Shown one piece after another: positions 12,651 through 23,623 of a DNA stretch of 44,571 nt (positions are counted from its first letter, which is position 1; each line of letters opens with the position of its first letter). The DNA is from Rozella allomycis CSF55. Lineage: Eukaryota. The notes beneath the pieces are model-generated. The model did no database searches. It saw only the letters and a program-made list of their open reading frames with translations, and was not told where the DNA came from. The stretch lies in NCBI GenBank assembly GCA_000442015.1, contig KE561005.1, positions 1-44,571 of the forward strand, in the 5' to 3' direction. The translations under genes were made by a program, and so were the position numbers.

Positions 12651-14989
12651 TCACGTTTGCTTTAACCGTCTATTTTGGTAAACAAGACTAAACGTACAAA
12701 TGTAAAGAGTTTTGAATATTATTTTCGACTAATCGTTGAATGCGTTGACAATTACACACACATTGATGGTGATGATATTATACAACAACGTAAGAGTGTT
12801 AAAGGACTTTTCAGTCGTCGACGTAAAATAGTTTATCGGGCTCCATACAGTGTGCCCATAATTGCCACACATTTATCCTCGATACTGATTATTATCTGAC
12901 CGTTCTTGGGTACTAACGGTGTGATATCCGCGGCCTTGAAGTGTCTCAAATCAAATGACCGACCGCAACGCGTAGGCAAACGCATTGATTAAATTAAATA
13001 CGGTATGGTTGGAAGACATTAGATTGGAAATTATCATTTTCAAATGCAATTGTGTCTGCAACATTCACGCGTGTACAGTCCTTATGGATATTGATCAGCA
13101 CACTGACCGCGGCTGTTGGAAAAAAATACATTTGAAGTTTGGAAGAAGGCGAGGCGTGGGTAAAGTGCCCATCCGGACCTGCTGCGCGTTCCTCAGCGGC
13201 GGGAGTATATTTAGCGGATTTATATTATACACAAATGGACATAGCTATATGGATACGACAGCCCATGACGCGAAAGTAATCGATTTCATTTCGACGGAAT
13301 ACTTACATACGTCAACATCATGCAACAATAACAATGAAAACGTATTAGTCTTAGAAGATGAATTGGGGTATCTCTTGAAATGATGTGGCGTATTGCAATG
13401 ATCATTTAGTAATTCCAAACGTCGTTCAACTTTGTGGTCTTTAGCCAATGGCATTAAGTTTTATAATTAAGTTTTATAACAAAAGTCTTTTAGGGGACGT
13501 GGCGGCAACATTGCCATATATTATATATATCAAAACTTGGTTGGGAAAGCTTTTCATTGCGTTTTATTCATTTTAGTTTTAAACAAGCTTAAGTCCGACA
13601 AAAGAACTTAATGAAGCCGCCGCGTTGAATATTTTCATGAATTAGACGAAAAACTTCCGTCAGCTATTTTGGATGCTTACTATCGGCTGGCCTGTAAGCG
13701 AAAATGCTATATGGATCATGATTAAGCTTCCAAAGTAACTTAATCCCGTTATTAGACAACTACGTATGATCATGCATATTTAAATTTGTTTTAGTTTACT
13801 ATTTAGTACGGAGAGCCAATTACCAAACGTTGAAGACCGGGGTCGTTTAGTCGCTTTCGCCACTAAACATGTCCCCTGCAAAAATAATACTTCATCGCAA
13901 TAATTAAAATGCATTACAGTACATACCGGCTCCAACGACAACTAAATTCAGTTTCGTGATTTCTCATAGTCATGTCCATACGCGAACGCAGGATCCAAAA
14001 ACACTTGGCATGTATCAATGGCAATTGTTTTTGGCGGCGTCGAACGCTATTAAATGCTCACGAATCAATTGTTTTTGTTGTCGCAGCGGCATTCCAAAAA
14101 GACAAATAGAGCAACATTGTTAAAGTTAAATGAGAGTGCTGTTGTCATCTTTTTAGTATTGGCTTCATATGTTTGTTGTCTATATGTTCAGCTCTATAGT
14201 CCCAAGATCTACAAACAACCTTTGTGATTGCAATAACATCAGAAAATAATCCTCAATAATAAGTCTTGCAAGTAGTGAATCTTTGAAATAGTTATTTTTG
14301 AAAAACAAAACAAGAGAAAAATAGACATCTTAAATTTTGTTTTTCAATAAATCAACGTTTTTATTGATTAATTAAATTTTCTGAGCAAATCAAAGCGACG
14401 CAGACTGTCGTTGATATTTCGAAAATTTTGAAATGAACGTTCTTACTGGAATGTTATTTCGCCTAATGGGTATTGTGTAATAGTAATAAAAGAAACAATG
14501 GATACTAATTATCAAATGATTACTACAACTGCGGTATGCAATTGTCCACTTCAAATTGGAGGTGATAGATTCATATACACCCTGAGCAATTATTATATTG
14601 ATTCGAAAAAAGACAGGAAGACATAATAGCTAGCTTTTTAGCAATTTTAAATTGTTCATTGCTCATTCGTGTTACTCAGTGGCACTTGGATGTGTTCATT
14701 GACTGCTGGTTATGGTTTGAAAATAATCAAACTTCGAAAACTAGAGTGGAATAAAGGGTAATTAGATGTGTATCATATCATTTGATGATGTCAGTTAGTC
14801 ATTATATACAGAGCAGTCATGACGTAGGCGAACGTCTTTAACTCTTGTGAACATTCAAAACATGACTGATGCATGATGACAGCGTAGGCTGATTCTAGAC
14901 AAACTCAAGCGAACTTTAATGCTATGTTTTTTGAAGCCATTCAAATGCTTTACTAAATTATGTTTATGGAGACTGTCATATATGGCCCA

Positions 14990-15225
14990 AAGAGTGTTTA
15001 TGACGACAGCATGGGTACTAACTCCTCTGCAGGTACTACCAGAAGTCCTGAATACAATCACAACATCCATCCATTGAGGATCTGAATCTAAAGTTACATT
15101 GACAATTCCCAGTCGAGGTCATTAACGAAAGCATCAAGTTCATAACCTTAATAGAGGTATTACGGTTTCTCTTTTGATAAATAACATAGATTTCATACAA
15201 CATTCACGAAAACCCAATATGGTAG
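14990..15225 (+). repeat. Diverged dispersed repeat, second copy at about 21910-22170
   Basis: Shared collinear blocks: agcatgggtac, atccatccattgaggatct, aatctaaagttac, agttcataaccttaataga, aacatagattt, caatatgg. Confidence 0.8.
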
Positions 15226-15379
15226 ATACCGGCGACAGTGTGGAAGGTCATAATCTTTGGGAGTACTATCAGCAGTTGGCGAAGCAGTTATACCGTTTTT
15301 TTTCTAATCAACATATTTGCATACTGAATTGACCCACAAGCCACAAGTTTACTTCTACCAAATTACCTACGTTTGACTC

Positions 15380-16058
15380 CTCCAAGTATTGGCTGGTTGA
15401 TGACGTGATTCAAGAGTCATTTGTTTGTCTATTCGATTACTGCCCGCCCTGTGTTAGCTCCTCTTGTTAATGTTAGACAGTTATGGAAAATTGGTATCGG
15501 CTGGGAGTGGTATTGATTATCAGGCACGGTGTTGCATCAGGAGCGATGCTCACCGTATGAAATAGTTTCAGACTTTAGACCACTGACAGCAAAACAAGTT
15601 GTTTCCTACTCGAACATGGTTATTTGTGATCTTGGAAAAATACATGAGGAAATTGACGATGTTGCCGAGAGGTTGAGCAACGGCTCTTTATTTGTTACAG
15701 GCAGACCCAGATTCCTGTCAAGTGTCCTGGATACACATGCAGAAAATGGAAAATGCAATGTTCACGTTTGACAGGATTTGGACAACCCGATCAACATCAG
15801 CCTTTCCCATCAGGGACTAGAATCCCCGCAAGTCTCGTAAGCAAATACCAAGGTTTAGCTGTGACAGCGTTGATTTCTAATCTGCCAGGAAAAACGCATT
15901 GGTTCTAAGATCAAATGATGACACTGATTAAGCAGTAATAATAAATATAGGATTTGAAAACCTTAATGATGCACCCGGTGGTGGACTTTACCATTGTGAA
16001 GAGGCTATCGTTGAATGTCTTTCTACCTTGATCGACCCCAAGTTGCTGGCTCAGGGAT
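15380..16058 (+). pseudogene. Possible Crinkler-type (CR) NTPase remnant
   Basis: Broken-frame motifs WLVDDVIQ (Walker B-like), KLVSAGSGI (cf. SGTGL), LFVTGRPRFLSSVL, which resemble fungal CR NTPase modules from memory; ends at n 16059. Confidence 0.35.
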
Positions 16059-16749
16059 NTTGTTTCCCTGCTGTAATGAATGCCTCACAATCTAGTCATC
16101 CTCGCTGCTTGGAATGCAATCAGTTCTGCTGCACCCTGCCTTGAACATGCTTTTCTTGGATTGGATGGATGCATACATCACATCTGTCACCGTTTACAAT
16201 CTTGAAATTCATTTTCGCACTTGTTAAATCCTCTGTATTTACAAAAATCTAATTGCATGCTTTAAGAGAATCAATCTCACTAGTAGTTCCGCCTTTTCCT
16301 TGACACCTTTTCCCTTTCTTGTTCGTGCTAAAGTAAAAAATCATTAATAGACAATACGCTCTTTTACAGACTTAATTTTGTATTTTCCTCTTTATAGTTG
16401 TTTATCGGACGGGGAGTTTACGACCCGGACTTCAGAAACGATTATTGGCNTTAAAGTTCCTTTAAAGATTGCGGAGACAAAGCTGATTCAGATATTTCAG
16501 AAACAAGATTTATCTTTTTGATGGCACAAAAATTCCAAGATCCCCCAATCCTTCATCCTGGTAAGGAAAAGTATTTAAAACCGCCTTGAATAAACTCAAT
16601 ACAAATCTTGTACTAGTATTGCTACCTCATCAGTCACAATTGTCGAAAACAGAAACACGGCCAGGTCCACAGATTCTTCACAACATGTGACCTGGCGAGC
16701 AAGATGTTGTGCTCTTCCAACATTCCTACGCTTGAATTCTGCCCCCGAA

Positions 16750-18960
16750 ACTCTTGAAGCGAACTACTAACTGAATTAATGAATCTATGCTGCAAATATA
16801 ATGCTACAGTCAAAGATCATCTTCGACTCGTTTGTGACTCCGCCGTAGTCTTTGTAGTTCCTACCAATTCAAAAGCTTCGAGAGGACACCTAAAGAATAA
16901 CATAGCCCGATACAAATCGCCAGATTGAATTTCCGCAATTACTGAAGCAATACGCGATCGTGTTTATGTAAGTCCCAGTGTTCAGGTCTCCCCACAGTCG
17001 GTCATCAACAGATAAAGATGCATAAAACTGGCTGGACGCGGTTGTTACTCCCTAGCTTCGAAGGCGTTCTATCAATGAAAATACTATTCAAGAGTTACTC
17101 AAACATCCTCAATGTAGCCCGTCTCTAGATCAGACCCGTCCTCACGCATCTTTGTACAACAAGGTATTGTTATTAAAATGGTTAATTTCTTTCAAAGAGG
17201 CACCTCACCAGGTGCAGTGGGATAAGGACTGAACATCTCAAAAACGCACTGAACTGTCCTTCACAATTGCTTAAAGGAAAACTATTTTTGTCAATTAACT
17301 GGTTGGATATGTCAATTGCATGCTTCAGGGTAGAGGTCCCTAATCCTTCAGTATGGTGCGCCTGTGATTCCATTAGCCAAAAAAGATGGAGGTATTCGCC
17401 CAATAGCAATTGGCGAAATTCTCGGACGTCTTATTTCTAAAGTCGCCTTGTCGTCGGATATTAGCGGCTTATCTCTCAAAGGACAGTTTGGTGTCGGAAT
17501 ATCCAATGGCGCTGACGGAATCCTTCATAGTGTCCACAATCTTATTCTTGAACGTTGCGATCAACCTAATTATATCATGCTCAAATTTTTTGGAATTCTT
17601 TTAATTTTGTCCTATGTTCGAACAGGTTCGTGATCTCTGCTCTCAAATCCTGCCATGGATAGAATATTGCTATAGAATGACCTCACATTTTCGCAAACCA
17701 GCTTTGTATATGCTAGCGCTACAGGAGTACAACAAGGCGATCCTGTCGGTCCTTTGTTGTTTTCCCTGGTTTTGAATTCACTACTGCAAAAAATTAATGC
17801 CCACTTTCCTTAGTGGTTAATGCTCATATTGTTAAAGATGTTCTCGATCTTATCCCAAAAATTGGTTTCGTTGTATTGGCCAACGCGAAGCTATTTTCCG
17901 CTGGATATAATAAGAGCTAATGATCTTGCTGTGACTTTGCTAGGAGGAGCTTTAGGAGATGGTAGACTTGCTCTGGATATTTTTCATTTTTCACAAACGC
18001 ATTGATCAAATCGAATATATTTTGAAGCAGTTGCAGATACTCCAAAGTAGTCAGATACAGATTTTGCTGTTACGTTTAACGTTCATGTATCGGGCTGCCG
18101 AAAATCACCTACTTTATGCATACTCAGAATCTCACAACTGTCATTTCTGGGTATGGACGTTTTGACAGTCACTTAAGAAACACTTTGGAAATTATTTTTG
18201 GAGGTCTTTTGTGTGGCGCAAGAAATTGAAATTGAAATTGAAATTTATTTCACGAGTGACGCCCAAACTCATGAGGGGATTCCTCATGTCTTCTGTGGGC
18301 CGCCTCGGCTGCAAGAGGTTTGCAGCGCCTTTAGAAAATCGATTCATTCCCACGGGTCATTCGTTATCTAGTGGGCGTTTTCGTTTCTTCTTTGGCGGGA
18401 TATGTATAATGATCTCTCGTGGTTGAGAAGTGGGGTTTATGTTTTGGATTGTGGATTTGTTGATTTGTTGTGATCCTGCGTATATTATGTGCTTCCTCTT
18501 TTTTCTTGGTCTATCCCAGTTGGGCAGTTGCTGATGTGTTTGTGCTCTGTTTCGATGAAGTTGTGAATGTTTCTTGTTCCTTCTTTTCCACAAAATTTGG
18601 TAGATGGCCGTGAGCCAATGATGAGCGATCCGCGAGAGAATCGCTATTGTGGTGTTTCTATTAAGCCCGCAAGTTTCTTGTAGTTGCTTTACGTCAGGTT
18701 GTGATATAAGGCCGCGGCCAATTGGAGTGTTGAGGAAATTATCTGTGTATAGTCCCATTGATGCGAGTAAGTGGTTAATTGTTATTGGTAGTGTCATATC
18801 TTGGTTCTCCGCCCATTCATGCAGAGCGAAAGTGTGGCGCAAGCCACTTTGCCAATCAAAGAAGGGGTTTGGGTATTTCGTCTGCAGTGACCTGTGCCAA
18901 CTCGTAACACTATTTATTCTATGGAGCATGATCCCTTAACAACGTGTTCGCAAGAGTCAT
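16750..18960 (+). mobile_element. Degenerate CRE/R2-group non-LTR retrotransposon, split by an insertion at 18223-18831
   Basis: GIRTEHLK, IPLAKKDGGIRPIAIGEILGRLISK, QFGVGISNGADGILH, GVQQGDPVGPLLFSL, ILLLRL; resumes after the insertion with QATLPIKEG-LGISSA. Left boundary approximate. Confidence 0.88.
18223..18831 (-). mobile_element. 5'-truncated LINE insertion with target-site duplication
   Basis: GTGTGGCGCAAG at both 18211-18222 and 18832-18843; open frame with ILWKRRN (L1/Tx1-like ORF2 C-terminal motif) ending at 18357; structured 3' UTR; AATAAA then four copies of a 6-mer tail (GAAATT on the plus strand, 18222-18245). Confidence 0.88.
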
Positions 18961-20455
18961 TTTTAGCTACTAGCAGTTGTACTCGCTTCGCTCGCATTAA
19001 CAAATGGATTGTGTTTGTCATGTTTCTCACATAGATAATCATAATTCATAAAACCGATGTTATAATATAGATGGTAAGCATTTAGCATGGTATGATTTTT
19101 TGATACCCGTACCTGTGTTTAACTAAAAAAGTTTGTTCTAGGGTAGTCCTTATAGATCGCATATGTTTTATTAGCACTGCCTGGTTCGTACGCCATTGTC
19201 CATAGTTGAGGGATTGTACTCGCTTCACTCGCTTTCGCACTGACAAAATGTTCTCTATAGACAATTTTCGCGAGGATAAGGCGGACGAACAACTAACAAA
19301 GTGAAGAATCGTCAATTTACCCATTGTATTGACTATTTTATCCACATCTGAAACGCTTAAAGAGNGAGTCGGAAGCACAAAATGGTTACATACACACAGA
19401 CAGTCAGACAGACATCTAGGCACACAGTCTGCCGTTCTCCAACGGTGGACCTGTTTTCTGAGCCAATAGCGCCGCACACACGCGGGACACCTGCGCACCG
19501 ATTTGTTCGCTGGTCGGTGGCAGTTGCGGATCCCAATGAAAAGCCATNGTTTAAAAAAAATATTACTTCATATATCGTACGTTCTCTATCGAATGGATTA
19601 GTTTTTGTGGCCTTACGATGAAAAACTGAAATTCCGAGACGGCCTAAAGGAAAGGTACGGCTTAATCTCCATATCTGGTCTTGTCTCGCACAATGACATC
19701 ATATAGATNAAATGTGACACGTTCTGATTCTGAGTCTCTACTATGGAATGAACAACGAATATTGCAATGAAGGACCAAGAATCTTTAGAAAATGGTTGAA
19801 TAAATTNCTCTATTAATGTGAGCGAAGCGATGACAACCGCAAGAAACAAAATGCTTTTCATAAAGCCCATATATGCAGTATCTGTGTAGATGCCCATCAA
19901 ATTGCAAAATCATACGACAATTCATTTAAAGTAGTGTGTGTTTTCTATAACAATAAATATATTAATATTATAAGTTAGTTTAAGTAAATATTGAATGAAT
20001 ATATCATATGTATAGAAAAATAACGAACATATGAAATTTTGTAATGCGAGCGACGCGAGTACAACCGCTAGTATTATTTTATTTTTATTATTTTGAAAGT
20101 AAAATAATGACAAATTGCAAGTGGCAACCAAAGTGGAAACTTCGGTTTCCTTTATCGTGCCGAANAGCATCCAAAACAAAAAATACCACTCATTAATGGC
20201 ATCATGCAGGGTTCAATTCTATTCTTGACATCCATTGTATTGAATATTTTATCCACATCCGAAACGCTTAAAGCTCAGACGACAACGTTTAAGCATTTAT
20301 AATAAGCATTCATAATAAAAATACAACTCATTATTGGCATCATTGAAGGCTCTATTATAACTTGACAACCAATTACCATGGCAACTCCGCTTTTAGTAAT
20401 ACAGATTGTTACTGGAGGTGGAGAGCCTTTTGTTTTGTCGGAAGTTCCTAAACCN

Positions 20456-20547
20456 CCTAAAGGTTTGATATTATTCCCTTTCTGTATGGAATCAACAGGA
20501 GGAATGGACGTAGATTCTTTGGCTTTCCTTAAAAGTATCGCGCATGC
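20456..20547 (+). mobile_element. Restriction-like endonuclease C-terminal fragment of a CRE-type LINE
   Basis: GLILFPFCMESTGGMDVDSLAFLKSIA matches FxPFxxETxGGxGxxAxxFLxxIA; bounded by n at 20455 and 20548. Confidence 0.7.
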
Positions 20548-21359
20548 NTCAATCAAGCTTAAAACAGGGGCAGTTAAACATACTTCCGTTTTTGTAGTAG
20601 TTGCCGACTTTACGATCAAAATCCAACAAAGAAAGAAAAAAGGTAACATCTAAAGAGGCTTGGCAAAGATGATGGTACTCAACAAAGCAGAATAGATCCC
20701 GTCTCAATTTATGGTTTTTATATCTATCTAGCGGATGTACTCGCTTCGCTCGCATTAAGAAATGGATTATGTTCGCTATTTTTCTCGCATAGATAAACTC
20801 AATAAAAAAGTTTGTTTCTAGGGTTATCCTCATAGATCGCATATTTTCATTCGCTCTGGGTTCGCACGCCAGTCGAGGGTTTGCGCTTCACTCGCTTTCA
20901 CAATTCANAAAATTTTACTTTACGAAATATTATTTTATTTTTTATTATTTTGGAAGTAAAATAATGGCCAATCGCAGGTGGCAACCAAAGTGGAAACTTC
21001 GGTTTCCTTTATCGTGCTGAATACTTGNCTTTATTGTTTTAAACGTAAAATAATAGCGAATTGCAAGTGACATTATCGTGCCGAATATTCGAGCTTATGA
21101 TTTGAAAAACAATATTACCATATATACCACACGTTTGCTATGGAATGGATTTTAATAATAATTACTTCAAATGTGGCACGTTCTGATTCTGAGTCTCTAC
21201 TATGGAATNAGGCTTCCCTGGGTTTAACGTATCAAAGAACATGATGTATACTGATAAGCTGGATTCTTGCAATTGAATATTTTTAATTTTTCATTTATGT
21301 AACGTATAAATTGTAACCAGTACGGCGCACTGACTACAGGACATTCATAAAATTGTATA

Positions 21360-21510
21360 AAAGATGCAAATTACAAATTTTTTGTTCACAGGGAAGACAT
21401 AAACATAGAAACATTGAAAAGTTAGTCAAGCTATCCGGTATTGTTCCCAAACCATACTTACTATTATCGTCTCTTCTTTTTAAAGATTTGCAATTTTCAA
21501 TCAAAAAACC
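21360..21510 (+). pseudogene. Fragment copy of the 3' part of the secreted gene at 37850-39580 (or of a paralog)
   Basis: 21421-21479 is the exact reverse complement of 38023-38081 (59 nt, LVKLSGIVPKPYLLLSSLL); the upstream aaagatgcaaattacaaattttt block is also shared. Confidence 0.9.
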
Positions 21511-22025
21511 TATGGAACACTGTCTCTTCTTTAACTTACATTTTGAACATAGTATTGTAGGGGGGATGAATGAGAGATCTAACTTTCTGAGTTCATTAAT
21601 TNTTGTATACTTTTTAAGATTTGCTACACAATGGGACTCAATAAAACGCTCAGAGGATTAAGTAGTGCTGAAAAAGTAGCGAATCATACTTGCATATTTT
21701 CTTTTTCACAGACTTCCTTGCAGAACCGAATGATGAAATCCTCAAATTAAATAATATTATAATGATTGGATTCAGTAGGGGTGTACTAGGTGAGGGAATC
21801 AAAAATTCTTTACTGGCATCCAAACCCAAATGCTGTCACAACGCAAACTTGTCAACAACATGATACATATCTTTCAAATTTATGAAAAGAAGACGCAAGT
21901 CACGCAACAGATAGAGAGGGTCTATCACAATAGCATGGGTACCAACACCCTAACATGAATCTTAAGGTACTAGAAATAGTCCTAAATACAATGATAATAT
22001 CCATCCATTGAGGATCTAAAATCTA

Positions 22026-22279
22026 AAGTTACGCTAGACAATGTCACAATGCCCAGAGTCATTGGCGATAGCATGGAGCAGGAGTTCATAACCTTAATAG
22101 AACTATTAAGGTTCCCCTAGTGATAACTAACATAGATTTATGCTCATTGGTGAAGACTCAATATGGATAAGTTACGCTAGACATTGCCCTGTCAGGGTCA
22201 TTGGCGATAGAGCTGCAAAGGTTCCTTTAGTGACAACTAACAGATATTTAATAGTCATTGATGAGGAGTCAATATGGAT
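22026..22279 (+). repeat. Imperfect tandem duplication (2 units)
   Basis: aagttacgctagaca...gtcattggcgatag...aaggttcc..tagtga.aactaaca...tcaatatggat occurs at about 22026-22168 and 22169-22279. Confidence 0.8.
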
Positions 22280-23623
22280 CTCTAAATACTGATAGATCTA
22301 TAAATCTGATACTATTTATAGAAAGAATCAGCACTATAAATTGAACGAAATATTCAATATTAGACCCGCCAAGAGGCGGGCCTATGCCCAGAACACCGTT
22401 AGCAAAGGACGAAAAACTAAGCAATGTACTGGCAGAAATTGTCCTTACAATCATTGTAAGAAAGAAATCTGCGTTTGTAATCGTTTCACGCACATTAATA
22501 GAATAACGTGTTCTTATTTAGCACTACTCGCTTCTGTTCGTTAAGTTTCTCGCATACATAAAATTGGTAAGCATGGTATGATTTTGCAATTGCCTTGAGT
22601 GGCATCTGTACTCCATACTTGCGGTTAACTAATAAAGTTTGTTTCTAGGGTTGTCATATGCTTAATTAGCACATCCAGGTTCGCACGCCATTTTCCATAG
22701 TTGAGGGTTTGTACTCGATTCACTCGCTAAATGTTTTTATAGACTATTGACATTGTCCCGAGGACTAACAACTAACAAAGCGAAGCGTTGTCTATTTACC
22801 CATTGTATTGAGAATTTTTATATCCATATTCGAAACGCTTAAAGAGTATTTTAGGCTCAGAAGAAAACATATAAGTATTCAAAATAAAGAATACCTCTCA
22901 TTATTGGCATCATGGATGATGGAAGGTTCACCTATATTCTTGTACCATGGCAAATCCGCTTTTAGTATTACAGACATAAATCGCATATGTTTAATTAACA
23001 TCCGTGATCTGGGTTCGCATGCCATTGTCCATAGACCATTTGTGCTCGCTTCACTCGCTTTCACGTTGAAAAAAATGTTTTTTTATAGACATCAGACTAT
23101 TTTCCTGAGGCTAAGGCGAGACTAACAACTGACAAAGCTAAGCATTGTTTATTTACCCATTGTATTGACTATTTTATCCACTCTGAAGTCTGAAACGGTT
23201 AAGGCTCAGAAGACAACGTTTTAGCATTCAAAATAGAAACTACCACTCAGTATTGACATCATGGAAGGTTCATCTATATTCTTGAAAACCAATTACCATG
23301 GCAACTCCGCTTTTAGTATAAGTACTAGCGGTTATACTCGCTTCGCTCGCATTAAAAATAGAAGAATTAATCGNTTCCCCGTCCGATAAATTGCCAAAGT
23401 ACCGATGATCGCTATCGTTCTTACTCTTTTTAAAATATCTTTCAAGTTTTTGTGCGAAAAAATTAATATTAGCATTATTGGGTGAAATAACGTGAAATCT
23501 ACAGATTAATTTAAGCCTAGGTATGCGGCAAAGTATCGCTTATGGTTATACATAAAAATATGCAAAAAGATCAAAATTGAAAAAATGACAGATGTCACAG
23601 TAAGATGCTATTATAGAATATAT

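Larger units (their letters stand above)
18969..23355. mobile_element. Nest of non-autonomous Helitron-like repeats, fragmented by many gaps
   Basis: Terminal motif ATGCGAGCGAAGCGAGTACAACCGCTAG or close variants with CTAG at 18970(-), 20068(+), 20728(-) and 23325(-). Internal blocks (ggttcgcacgcca..., cccattgtattgactattttatccac..., accatggcaactccgcttttagta) recur 3-4 times. GACA-rich tract near 19390-19415. Confidence 0.7.

Noticed and set aside
12675-14850. Several short ORFs
   Set aside because: No coherent motifs or splice pattern found; probably old decayed elements that I cannot assign.
18251-18330. Hammerhead or hairpin ribozyme
   Set aside because: No CUGANGA/GAAA core or hairpin loop B consensus on either strand.
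18357-18929. 190-aa ORF as an independent gene
   Set aside because: Chimeric: the part beyond 18831 is antisense host-element sequence outside the TSD.
22341-22544. Cys-rich 67-aa ORF and CCCGCC/GGCGGG hairpin at 22365-22380
   Set aside because: TTG start, no family motif, single occurrence within repeat debris.
18969-23355. CRISPR-like array of recurring 30-nt motifs
   Set aside because: Irregular spacing, both orientations, repeated rather than unique spacers, no cas genes, eukaryotic context.
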